From Betaproteobacteria bacterium RIFCSPLOWO2_02_FULL_68_150 (GTDB lineage: Bacteria > Pseudomonadota > Gammaproteobacteria > Burkholderiales > SG8-39), in contig MERE01000029.1 of NCBI GenBank assembly GCA_001771975.1, positions 1 to 46,859 of the forward strand: a stretch of DNA of 46,859 nucleotides, written 5' to 3'. The translations under genes and the position numbers were made by a program. The notes under the pieces were generated by a model, which worked only from the letters and a program-made list of their open reading frames with translations, did not search any database and was not told where the DNA came from. Below, piece after piece: positions 27,535 through 36,615 of this stretch; position 1 is the stretch's first letter, and every line of letters starts with the position of its first letter.

Positions 27535-28635
27535 TCAGCTCAGGCGCTGGTACAGGCCGCCGGGCAATGCCGACACGCGGCCGTCAAGCTCAAGGCGCAG
27601 CAGCTCCGCGGTGACGCGCTCGGCCGGCAGGCCGGCGCGCGCGCACAACGCATCGATGTCCACAGGGTCGAAGCCCAAGTGCGGCAGCAGCGGCGATTCC
27701 GGCTCCATGGCGGGCGCGAAAGGCGGCCGGGCGCCCCGCGATGCCGCTTCAACGGCGCGCCCGTATACCGCGAGTTCGGCGAGCACGTCCTCTGCCGTCT
27801 CGACGAGTTTGGCGCCGGACTTGATGAGCGCGTGGCAACCCCTGGAAAGCGGCGAATGAATCGACCCCGGGATGGCAAACACTTCCCGGCCTTGTTCCGC
27901 GGCGGCACGCGCCGTGATCAGGGAACCCGAAGCCAACGCCGCCTCGACCACAAGGCAACCGTGCGCCAATCCGCTGATCAGGCGATTGCGGCGCGGGAAA
28001 TTCTGTCGCAGCGAAGGCGTTGCCAGAGGCAGTTCCGACAGAAGCAGCCCTTCAGCCGCGATGCGCTCCGCCAGGGCGTGGTTTCGCGCCGGGTAGATGC
28101 GGTCAATTCCCGTGCCGAGCACCGCGATCGTTGACCCTGCTGCAGCGAGCCCACCGAGGTGTGCAGCCGCATCGATACCCAGCGCGAGGCCCGAAACGAT
28201 GGTCAGGCCTGCCGCGCTGAAGGCGCGCGCGAACAGCTCTGCATTGCTCGATCCTTGCGCCGTCGCATTGCGGCTGCCGACCACGGCGAGCGCAGGCCGG
28301 TTGAGCAGATCGACGCGGCCGTTACAGTACAGTACGGGTGGCGGGTCGTGGATTTCGAGCAGCAGCTTGGGGTAGGTGGCGTCGGCCAGCGTCACCACCC
28401 CGTGAGCGGGTGCCTGTTCCCAACGGAGCGTTTGTTCGACTGCGCGCGCGACGCCGGCGGAGTTCAGCGCGTCGATCACGGTCCCCGGCAGGTAGCGCTC
28501 GAGCCGGGAACGATCAGCGCCGACCAAATTTTCCGGAAGCCCGAAATCCGCGAGCAGCCGGCGCAGGGTCGCTGCACCAATACCGGGCGTGAGCGCGAGT
28601 TGCAGCCAGCTTGCGAGCCCGCGATCCTCGGTCAT
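27535..28635 (-). CDS. dprA: DNA processing protein DprA (Smf)
   Basis: 366 aa with the Rossmann-like core VVGSRNATAQG...GLALGIDAAAH and a C-terminal winged-helix-like tail. Confidence 0.93.
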   Translation of the reverse strand: MTEDRGLASWLQLALTPGIGAATLRRLLADFGLPENLVGADRSRLERYLPGTVIDALNSAGVARAVEQTLRWEQAPAHGVVTLADATYPKLLLEIHDPPPVLYCNGRVDLLNRPALAVVGSRNATAQGSSNAELFARAFSAAGLTIVSGLALGIDAAAHLGGLAAAGSTIAVLGTGIDRIYPARNHALAERIAAEGLLLSELPLATPSLRQNFPRRNRLISGLAHGCLVVEAALASGSLITARAAAEQGREVFAIPGSIHSPLSRGCHALIKSGAKLVETAEDVLAELAVYGRAVEAASRGARPPFAPAMEPESPLLPHLGFDPVDIDALCARAGLPAERVTAELLRLELDGRVSALPGGLYQRLS

Positions 28636-28691
28636 GACTCGCGGCCGACGGGGCTAGCCGCCAGACCCTGGCTTGCCGTGCCGTCCTGCCC

Positions 28692-29753
28692 TTAAGGGGT
28701 CTGGACCAGATCGTGCGCGCGCACGGGCTGCGAGGCTTGCATCACGAGTGCATAGGAAACGCGATCGAAGACTCGAAATACGAACGCGAGCCCATAGCGG
28801 TCGCCCGGCACGGTGATCATCGAGTCGGGCGAGCCCTTGGGGCGGGTTGCGTCGGCCACCTGCATTTCATCGCGATAGATCGCGAGCACGTGACCCACGC
28901 TGACCCCGTCGGCCTTGCCGCGATTCAGCGTTACGATCGAATGCTTGCCGGCTTCACCGACCTTGGCGATCCCGCCATAAATGGACATCACACGGCCCTT
29001 GAGGAGCGTCGCCGGCGCGTGCGGTGCGTAATCGACGATCTGCAGGCCGCCCGCAGGAACCAGGCGGTCGCCGATGCCGATCTCCCGGGTGACGCTCGTG
29101 AGCACGACCTTGGCCGGGTCTCCCGTTCGCAGCACGCGCGCCATGCCGAGATAGATGGCTTCGTAGCCAAGCGTGAGCTGTGTATCGGGGTCGATCAGTG
29201 GCGCGCCGCGGCGGTAGATGAGCCACGACAGTTCCTTCGAGTCGCCAATTCCGCGCGCATAGGCCACGCCCCCGTTGCCTAGCAAGACGCGGCCGTCTTC
29301 AGCGGCGACGATGCTCGGCGCGCGGTCCAGCCCATCGGGTTCTATCACCAGGGGCCGGCTCAGGAACGGCTCGATGAGGTGCGGCGGGATGCTGGGAATC
29401 GCGCCCTTGGATGTGGCTTCGGCACGCACGCGCGGCGACAGCTTCACGGTGTCGTCCAGCGCCAGCCGCCCGCGGCTGCGGTCAAGCACGATCACGTTGC
29501 CGGGGTAAATTCGGTGCGGATTCTTGATCTGATCTTTATTCAGGTTCCACAACTCCGGCCAGCGCCAGGGCGAATCCGTGAAGCGCTCGGCGATTCCCCA
29601 GAGCGTGTCGCCGCGCACCACCGTATAGCGATCCGGGGCGTCCGATTTGAACGCTAGTGCGGTTTTGGGGGCCTGCGCCCAAGTCCCGCCCGCTGCCAGG
29701 CTGAGCAGGGCAAAAAGGGTCAATGTGATAAACTTGGCGCTCTGTAGGTGCAT
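28692..29753 (-). CDS. Secreted LysM domain protein
   Basis: 353 aa from ATG 29753. Signal peptide MHLQSAKFITLTLFALLSLAAGGTWAQA and LysM motif YTVVRGDTLWGIAERF...IYPGNVIVL. The rest of the protein has no recognisable motif. Confidence 0.85.
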   Translation of the reverse strand: MHLQSAKFITLTLFALLSLAAGGTWAQAPKTALAFKSDAPDRYTVVRGDTLWGIAERFTDSPWRWPELWNLNKDQIKNPHRIYPGNVIVLDRSRGRLALDDTVKLSPRVRAEATSKGAIPSIPPHLIEPFLSRPLVIEPDGLDRAPSIVAAEDGRVLLGNGGVAYARGIGDSKELSWLIYRRGAPLIDPDTQLTLGYEAIYLGMARVLRTGDPAKVVLTSVTREIGIGDRLVPAGGLQIVDYAPHAPATLLKGRVMSIYGGIAKVGEAGKHSIVTLNRGKADGVSVGHVLAIYRDEMQVADATRPKGSPDSMITVPGDRYGLAFVFRVFDRVSYALVMQASQPVRAHDLVQTP

Positions 29754-29891
29754 GCGGCCCCCCGTTCGTAGGCTGACGTTCCCGGGCTGGGTTGAAAATG
29801 ATTGTTGGCGACCCAAATGTAGCACAAAGGTTTAGGCGTTGTCTGAAATAGTGCATGTAATCCTTTCAATAGGCAAGTGATTTACTGATTC

Positions 29892-30395
29892 ATGGCGATT
29901 CTCAACATCCTGCGCTACCCGGATGCGCGGCTTCACAAGGTTGCATTGCCGGTGACCGTCTTTGACGAGTCTTTGCGCGTCTTGGTGCGCGACCTGACCG
30001 AGACCATGTATGCCGCTCCTGGCGTCGGGTTGGCTGCTACCCAGGTGGATGTTCACAGGCAGGTCATCGTGGTCGACGTGTCAGAGCGGCGCGATTCGCC
30101 GGTCGTGCTGGTCAATCCGGATGTCGTCGAAGCCTCCGGTGTTTCGGATATCGAGGAAGGCTGCCTGTCGGTTCCCGGCATCTATGAAACGGTGGAACGG
30201 GCCGAACGCGTGCGCGTCCGCGGCTACGACCAGAGCGGAAAGTCCTTTACGCTCGAGGCTCAGGGCCTGCTCTCGGTCTGCATTCAGCACGAGATGGACC
30301 ACCTGAGAGGCAAGGTCTTCGTCGAATACCTGTCGCCCCTCAAGCAGCAACGAATCCGCAGCAAGCTCGCCAAGCAGTTGCGCAAGAGCGCCTGA
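29892..30395 (+). CDS. def: Peptide deformylase
   Basis: 167 aa with all three motifs: [13 protein letters not shown] and QHEMDHL. Confidence 0.97.
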   Translation: MAILNILRYPDARLHKVALPVTVFDESLRVLVRDLTETMYAAPGVGLAATQVDVHRQVIVVDVSERRDSPVVLVNPDVVEASGVSDIEEGCLSVPGIYETVERAERVRVRGYDQSGKSFTLEAQGLLSVCIQHEMDHLRGKVFVEYLSPLKQQRIRSKLAKQLRKSA

Positions 30396-30422
30396 GCCCT
30401 GCTCGCGGCAGGTGCGGCGACG

Positions 30423-31355
30423 ATGCGCATTGTGTTCGCTGGCACTCCCGAATTTGCGGCGCGCTCGCTTGCCGCGCTACTCGCATCGGGACACGACGTT
30501 GCGCTTGCGCTTACACAGCCGGAGCGGCCGGCGGCGCGTGGCTTGAAGCCGGTCTCGGGGGCCGTGCAGCGGCTTGCCGAGCAGCGCGGGATCCCGACCT
30601 ATCGGCCGGCCAGCCTCAAGCCGCCGGAGGTGCAGGAGCGGATCGCCGCCGCGCACCCTGAGGTGTTCGTAGTCGCCGCTTACGGCCTGATCCTGCCGCA
30701 GGCGCTGCTCGACATCGCAGCGCGCGGTGCGCTCAACATTCACGCCTCCCTGCTGCCGCGCTGGCGCGGTGCGGCACCGATCCAGCGCGCGATCCTCGCC
30801 GGCGACCGCGAGACTGGAATCACGATCATGCAGATGGACGACGGGCTGGATACGGGACCGATTCTCTTGCAGCACGCGCTTGCGGTGACCGCAGACGACG
30901 ATTCGCAAACGCTGCATGATCGGCTCGCCGAGCTGGGAGCAACCCTGATCGTGGCCGCGCTCGATGCGCTCGCCCGGGGCGAGGCCCGCATTACGCCGCA
31001 GCCTCTGAAGGGCGTGAGCTACGCATCGAAGATCGGCAAGGACGAGGCATTGCTGGACTGGAGCCGTCCCGCGGTCGAACTGGAGCGCGCCATTCGCGCG
31101 TTCCGCCCTGCACCCGGAGCCCGGACCACGTTGCGCGGCCTAGCCCTCAAGATCTGGTCGGCGCGCAGCGCCGCAGGCGAGGGCGCGCCGGGGACGGTGC
31201 TCGAGCCCGGTAGCGCAGCCCTGCGCATCGCCTGCGGCGACGGTGCGCTCGAGGTCCTCGAATTGCAGCGACCCGGCGGGCGGCGACTTGCCGCCCGCGA
31301 ATTCCTGCGCGGCTTTGCGGTTCGCGTGGGCGAACGTTTTGGCGCCGCTCGCTGA
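30423..31355 (+). CDS. fmt: Methionyl-tRNA formyltransferase
   Basis: 310 aa with MRIVFAGTPEFA and HASLLPRWRGAAPIQRAI. Confidence 0.96.
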   Translation: MRIVFAGTPEFAARSLAALLASGHDVALALTQPERPAARGLKPVSGAVQRLAEQRGIPTYRPASLKPPEVQERIAAAHPEVFVVAAYGLILPQALLDIAARGALNIHASLLPRWRGAAPIQRAILAGDRETGITIMQMDDGLDTGPILLQHALAVTADDDSQTLHDRLAELGATLIVAALDALARGEARITPQPLKGVSYASKIGKDEALLDWSRPAVELERAIRAFRPAPGARTTLRGLALKIWSARSAAGEGAPGTVLEPGSAALRIACGDGALEVLELQRPGGRRLAAREFLRGFAVRVGERFGAAR

Positions 31356-32607
31356 AGCATTGCGCGCCGCGGCGACGGTGGTCGCCCGCGTCGCCTCGGG
31401 CCGCAGCCTGACGGCGGAATTGCAGCGCGCCGCGGAAGCCGATGGGTGCGCCGCACCGGCGGCGCTGACGGATCTGTGCTTCGGCACTTTGCGCAGTTTC
31501 GGCCGCGTGCAGGCCATCGTGCGCGCGCTGGCGCATCGTGCCGCGGGCGAAACGACGATCGACGCCTTGCTGTGGTGCGCGCTGTACGCGCTCGAATCCC
31601 GACGCTACGCCGCATACACGGTAGTGGACCAGGCGGTGCGCGCGTGCGTCGCGCTTGGACACGGGGGCGCGAAGGCCTATGTCAATGCAATGCTGCGCGC
31701 TTACCTGCGCCAGCAACGCAGCATCGAAGCGCGATTCGCAGCCGATCCGGTCGCGCGTTGGCAGCATCCGGCGTGGTGGACCGAGCGCGTGCGGGCCGCG
31801 TACGCGAAAGAGTGGCAGCAGGTCCTGGCTGCCGGCAATTCGCATCCGCCGATGTGCCTGCGAGTCAACCGGCGGCGGTGCGCGCCCGATGCCTATCTGG
31901 CGCGGCTGACGGCAGCGGGGCTCACAGCGCGCCCGTTGGGTGGGGCAGCACTACTGCTCGCCAAACCAGTGCCGACGCTGCGTTTGCCGGGGTTTGCCGA
32001 GGGCGAGGTGTCGGTTCAGGATGCAGGCGCGCAACGCGTGCCACAGCTGCTTGATCTGTGCGCGGGACAGCGGGTGCTCGATGCGTGCGCCGCGCCCGGC
32101 GGCAAGAGCGCGCATATCCTGGAATCCGCGGATGTGGCGCTGACCGCGCTCGAACTGCAGGCAGGGCGCGCCGAGCACGTGGCGCGCGCTCTGGCGCGCC
32201 TGGGACTGGCGGCGGAGGTGCGTACGGCCGATTGCAGCGCGCCCGAAAGCTGGTGGGACGGACGCCCCTACGCGCGCATTCTTGCCGATGTGCCGTGTTC
32301 GGGCTCCGGAGTGGCGCGCCGCCATCCGGACATCAAATGGTTGCGCCGCGCCGGCGACCTGGCGGGCTACGCCGCGCGCCAGGCGCGCATCCTGAGGTCG
32401 CTTTGGCGCGTGCTCGCGGCGAATGGTAAATTGCTGTATGTCACGTGCTCGGTTTTTCCAGAGGAAAACGACGCCGTGGTCAAGGCTTTCCTTGCGGCAA
32501 CGCCAGCGGCGCGCGAACTGCCGCTGCCCGACGGCCGGCCATCGCAGTTGCTGCCGTCGCCCGAGCATGACGGCTACTATTTTTCGCTGCTAGAGAAGGC
32601 GGCTTGA
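31339..32607 (+). CDS. rsmB: 16S rRNA (cytosine967-C5)-methyltransferase RsmB
   Basis: SAM site DACAAPGGKS, catalytic segments DVPCSGSG and TCS. The start is uncertain. TTG 31339 overlaps the fmt end by 17 nt, GTG 31378 is an alternative, and the track start at 31243 would overlap fmt by 113 nt. Confidence 0.88.
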   Translation: MAPLAEALRAAATVVARVASGRSLTAELQRAAEADGCAAPAALTDLCFGTLRSFGRVQAIVRALAHRAAGETTIDALLWCALYALESRRYAAYTVVDQAVRACVALGHGGAKAYVNAMLRAYLRQQRSIEARFAADPVARWQHPAWWTERVRAAYAKEWQQVLAAGNSHPPMCLRVNRRRCAPDAYLARLTAAGLTARPLGGAALLLAKPVPTLRLPGFAEGEVSVQDAGAQRVPQLLDLCAGQRVLDACAAPGGKSAHILESADVALTALELQAGRAEHVARALARLGLAAEVRTADCSAPESWWDGRPYARILADVPCSGSGVARRHPDIKWLRRAGDLAGYAARQARILRSLWRVLAANGKLLYVTCSVFPEENDAVVKAFLAATPAARELPLPDGRPSQLLPSPEHDGYYFSLLEKAA

Positions 32608-33230
32608 CGCAACGCGCGATGCAGGGCCCCGCCCTCCTGAAGTTCCTGATCGCCGTGCTGTCGTGCGCCGCCATGCTCGCCGCGCGTGCCGATGAAATCG
32701 AGGTGCGCGACGTACGCCTGGCCGCGAGCGACGATGGACTGACGCTCGAGGCGGACTTCGCTTTCGATTTGAATCCGCGCCTTGGCGAGATGGTCGCCAA
32801 CGGCGTGCCAGTCTATTTCGTGGTCGAGTTCGAGTTGACGCGGCTGCGCTGGTGGTGGTTCGACGAGAAGACCGCGGCCAAGCGCATGCAGCTGAGACTT
32901 TCCTACCATCCGTTGACGCGCCAGTACCGGCTTTCCACCGGCATGCTGCAGCAGCAGTTTCATTCTCTCGACGAAGCGCTTCACGTCCTGAAACGGGTGC
33001 GCAACTGGCTGGTCGTCGATCGTGGGGTGACGCTCGCCGAGGCGAATCACGAGGCCGCGGTGCGAATGCGCCTCGATATCAGTTTGCTGCCGAAGCCCTT
33101 CCAGATAAGCGCGATCACCAGCCGCGAATTGCACCTCGAATCGAGCTGGCGGCGGTTTGCGTTCCGCTCACCGCCCGCTGCAGCCGAACCGCTCGACACC
33201 CGCGAACCCAGGGAGGCCGGCACGCGATGA
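32604..33230 (+). CDS. DUF4390-like secreted protein of unknown function
   Basis: About 205 aa. Signal-like N-terminus LLKFLIAVLSCAAMLAARA, then ...VPVYFVVEFELTRLRWWWFDEK..., which I recognise as the DUF4390 pattern. TTG 32604 overlaps the rsmB stop, and ATG 32619 is an alternative start. The stop overlaps the ntrY ATG (ATGA). Confidence 0.72.
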   Translation: MTQRAMQGPALLKFLIAVLSCAAMLAARADEIEVRDVRLAASDDGLTLEADFAFDLNPRLGEMVANGVPVYFVVEFELTRLRWWWFDEKTAAKRMQLRLSYHPLTRQYRLSTGMLQQQFHSLDEALHVLKRVRNWLVVDRGVTLAEANHEAAVRMRLDISLLPKPFQISAITSRELHLESSWRRFAFRSPPAAAEPLDTREPREAGTR

Positions 33231-35323
33231 GACTGCTGCTGGTGGTCAGTGCGGCGCTGGCGGGGGTATTGCTGTTTCTGCTCGCCACCGCCAGCGCCAA
33301 CGTCGCGCTGTTCGCGCAACACTACCCGCTGTTGCTCGGTCTGAACGCGGTGCTCGCGGCCGCGCTTGCCGCACTGGTCGCGTGGCAGCTGGTGAGCCTT
33401 GCGCGCAAGGTCCGGGCACGCGTGTTCGGCTCGCGGCTGACGCTGCGCTTCCTGCTGCTGTTCGCGCTCATGGCGGTGGTGCCGGGGGCTCTGGTCTATA
33501 CGGTCTCGGTCCAGTTCCTGGTGCGCAGCATCGAGACGTGGTTCGACGTCAAGGTCGACGCTGCTCTCGAGGGCGGCATGAGCCTTGGGCAGGCGGCAAT
33601 CGATCAGGTGCTGGGCGAATTGCAGCTCAAGGGAAGGGCCATGGCCCTTGAACTCGCCGAGCGCGCACCGACGCAGCTGCCCCTGCAGTTGAACCGCCTG
33701 CGCGAGCAGGCCGGGGTGCAGGAGGCGGTGGTCGTGGCCGGCAGCGGCCGGTTGCTCGCGAGCGCAAGCGCCGAGGTCAGCCAGTTTGTGCCCGAGCTTC
33801 CCTCGGCGATGGTGCTGCGCCAAGCGCGCAGCGGCCGCGGCTATGCGACGGTTGACGTTCCCGCCGGCAAGCCGCTCGCACTGCGGGTCGTGCTGCCGAT
33901 TGCGAGCGGCTCGCTCGCCGACGAGACGCGCTTCCTGCAGCTGCGACAGGCGCTGCCGGAGAGTTTCGCGCGCAGCGCCGCGGCCGTCGAGGCCGCCTAC
34001 CGCGATTACCGTGAGCTCGCGATCGCGCGCCAGGGCCTCAAGCAGATCTATCTTGTGACGCTCACCCTGGCGCTGACCCTGGCGCTGCTGGTGGCGCTCG
34101 CACTGGCGGCGATACTCGCCAGCCGCCTTGCCGAGCCGCTCGCGATTCTCGCCGGCGCCACCCAGGCGGTGGCGCGCGGGGACTTCAGCCGCCAGGCGCC
34201 GGTCACGAGCCGGGATGAACTCGGCGTACTCACCGAATCGTTCAATTCGATGACGCGACAGCTCGACGATGCGCGCCGCGTGGTGGAAGCAAACCGCGCG
34301 GCCCTGGAGACCGCCAAGGCGCATCTCGAAAATATCCTCGCCAACCTGTCGGCCGGCGTGCTGGTGTTCGACCGCGAACTGCGCGTGTCGATCTCGAATC
34401 ACGGCGCGCACACGATCCTCGGTACCGAACTCGAACGTTTTGCCGCCAGCATGAAAGGGCAGTTTCTCGAGCACGGCGCGCGCGCGTGGCAGACCGAGTT
34501 CGAACTCAAGGGCACGGGCAAGACCGTGATCGCGCGCGGCGCTGCGCTACCCGCCTCGGGCGGCGGCGGGCACGTCCTGGTGTTCGACGACATCACCCAG
34601 CTGATCGAGGCACAGCGCGCCATGGCCTGGGCCGAAGTGGCGCGGCGACTGGCTCACGAGATCAAGAATCCGCTGACCCCGATCCAGCTGTCTGCCGAGC
34701 GGCTCGAGATGAAGCTTGAAGGCAAGCTCGCGCCCGAAGACGCCGAGGCGCTGCACCGGAGCACCCGCACCATCGTCAACCAGGTCACCGCCCTGAAAGC
34801 GATGGCGGACGATTTCCGTGACTACGCCCGTCTGCCGGCGCCCAGACCGACGCAGCTGGACCTCAACGCGCTGGTGCGCGAGGTCCTTACCCTTTACGAA
34901 GAGTCGAAGGTGCAGATCAGCGCCCGCCTCGCGCCGGCGCTGCCGGCCGTGGCGGCAGATTCGATCCAGATCCGCCAGGTGATCCACAATCTGGTGCAAA
35001 ACGCACAGGACGCGCTGGAAAACCGCAAGCAGCCGGGTGCCGAGCCGGCGATCGAGGTGCGTACCGAGCGGGCGGGTGATCGCGTGCTGCTGGCGATATC
35101 GGACAATGGCGGTGGATTTCCGGAAGAACTGATGGCACGCATCTTCGAACCCTACGTCACGACCAAGCCGCGCGGCACCGGACTGGGTCTGGCAATCGTC
35201 AAAAAGATCGTTGCCGAGCATCACGGCTCGGTGACCATCGACAATCGCCCTGCGCAGGGTGCATCGGTCACGGTAGCGTTGCCGCTGGCCGATGGCGGCG
35301 GCATGGCGGCAAGGGCGGCCTAG
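33227..35323 (+). CDS. ntrY: NtrY-like sensor histidine kinase
   Basis: 698 aa from ATG 33227. N-terminal TM helices, HAMP, PAS-like segment, H-box HEIKNPLTPIQLSAERL, and N/G boxes (HNLVQNAQDA, DNGGGF, GTGLGL). Confidence 0.88.
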   Translation: MRLLLVVSAALAGVLLFLLATASANVALFAQHYPLLLGLNAVLAAALAALVAWQLVSLARKVRARVFGSRLTLRFLLLFALMAVVPGALVYTVSVQFLVRSIETWFDVKVDAALEGGMSLGQAAIDQVLGELQLKGRAMALELAERAPTQLPLQLNRLREQAGVQEAVVVAGSGRLLASASAEVSQFVPELPSAMVLRQARSGRGYATVDVPAGKPLALRVVLPIASGSLADETRFLQLRQALPESFARSAAAVEAAYRDYRELAIARQGLKQIYLVTLTLALTLALLVALALAAILASRLAEPLAILAGATQAVARGDFSRQAPVTSRDELGVLTESFNSMTRQLDDARRVVEANRAALETAKAHLENILANLSAGVLVFDRELRVSISNHGAHTILGTELERFAASMKGQFLEHGARAWQTEFELKGTGKTVIARGAALPASGGGGHVLVFDDITQLIEAQRAMAWAEVARRLAHEIKNPLTPIQLSAERLEMKLEGKLAPEDAEALHRSTRTIVNQVTALKAMADDFRDYARLPAPRPTQLDLNALVREVLTLYEESKVQISARLAPALPAVAADSIQIRQVIHNLVQNAQDALENRKQPGAEPAIEVRTERAGDRVLLAISDNGGGFPEELMARIFEPYVTTKPRGTGLGLAIVKKIVAEHHGSVTIDNRPAQGASVTVALPLADGGGMAARAA

Positions 35324-35327
35324 AGCG

Positions 35328-36575
35328 ATGGCGCAGATTCTGGTAGTGGACGACGAGGTAGGCATCCGCGAGCTCCTTTCGGAGATCCTTTCGGATGAGG
35401 GCCATGACGTGCTGCTGGCGGAGGATGCTGACGCAGCGCGCAAGCTGCGCGAACAGCTCCGCCCCGACCTGGTCCTGCTCGACATCTGGATGCCGGACAC
35501 CGATGGCATCACGCTGCTGAAGGAATGGGCGGCCAGCGGCCAGCTCAGCATGCCGGTGGTCATGATGTCGGGCCACGGCACCATCGAAACCGCGGTCGAG
35601 GCGACCCGCGTCGGCGCGCTCGATTACCTGGAGAAGCCGATCGCGCTGCAGCGCCTGCTCGCCACCGTGAAACGCGCCCTGCGCCAGCCGGAAGCGTCGA
35701 TGCCGCAGGGCCTTTCGCTCACGACCCTCGGGCGCGCCCCGGCACTGGCCGAGCTGAAGAAACGCCTCGCGCAGCTCGCGCAGACCGCCGCCCCGCTGAT
35801 GCTGCGCGGCGAGCACGGCATGCGGCCCGAGCTGTTTGCACGCCTGTTGTGCGCTCCCGGAGCGCCCTTTGTGGTTGGCGATGGCTCGCTCGCCGAGGCT
35901 TCCTCTGAACTGCTCGCGCGCGCCACGGGCGGGATCCTCTTCATACCGGACCTGTCGCGGCTCGGCCGGGTCGAACAGAAGGGTCTCGAGTTCTTGCTGG
36001 CGCGCGCCGACCGTCACAAGGCGCGCGTGGTGACGTTTTCGCCGCTTGAGTCGAAGTCGCTGATCGAGAGGCACGAGTTCGATGCCGAGCTGGTGCTGCG
36101 CCTCGCCGAGCTGGTGGTCCGCCTGCCGCCGCTGCGCAGCTTCGCCGAGGACGTGCCCGACTTCGCAGCGCTGATGCTGGCACAACTGGTCGAGGCGCGC
36201 AGCTGTCCGCCGCGGCGGCTGAACGTGGCCTCGCTCAATGCGCTGCGGCACCATCCCTGGCCCGGTAACCTGGCGGAACTGGAGAGCGTCGTCAGGAACC
36301 TGGCTCACTCGGCGCTCGAGGAGGAAGTGCGCCTGGACGACGTCGAGCGTGTACTCTCGGCGCAGGCCACGCCCGCCGCGGCCCCCGAGCTGGCGCTCGA
36401 TCGCCCGTACCGCGAGGCGCGCGAGGCGTTCGAGCGCATCTATTTCGAGAATCTGCTGGTGCGCGAGCGCGGCAGCATGTCACGCGTCGCCGAGCGCTCC
36501 GGCCTGGAGCGCACGCATCTCTATCGCAAACTGAAGGCGCTGGGACTGCCGGTCGGCAGGCGCGAAGAGGCGTGA
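35328..36575 (+). CDS. ntrX: NtrX-like response regulator with a degenerate AAA+ central domain
   Basis: 415 aa from ATG 35328. Intact receiver (VVDDE, LLDIWMPDTDG, EKP) and C-terminal Fis-type HTH (SMSRVAERSGLERTHLYRKLKALGL). The central domain has GEHGMRPE where the Walker A motif GESGTGKE is expected. Confidence 0.85.
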   Translation: MAQILVVDDEVGIRELLSEILSDEGHDVLLAEDADAARKLREQLRPDLVLLDIWMPDTDGITLLKEWAASGQLSMPVVMMSGHGTIETAVEATRVGALDYLEKPIALQRLLATVKRALRQPEASMPQGLSLTTLGRAPALAELKKRLAQLAQTAAPLMLRGEHGMRPELFARLLCAPGAPFVVGDGSLAEASSELLARATGGILFIPDLSRLGRVEQKGLEFLLARADRHKARVVTFSPLESKSLIERHEFDAELVLRLAELVVRLPPLRSFAEDVPDFAALMLAQLVEARSCPPRRLNVASLNALRHHPWPGNLAELESVVRNLAHSALEEEVRLDDVERVLSAQATPAAAPELALDRPYREAREAFERIYFENLLVRERGSMSRVAERSGLERTHLYRKLKALGLPVGRREEA

Positions 36576-36615
36576 GGCGCATGCGCTGGGCCATACCGCT
36601 GCCGGAGGTGCGCAA

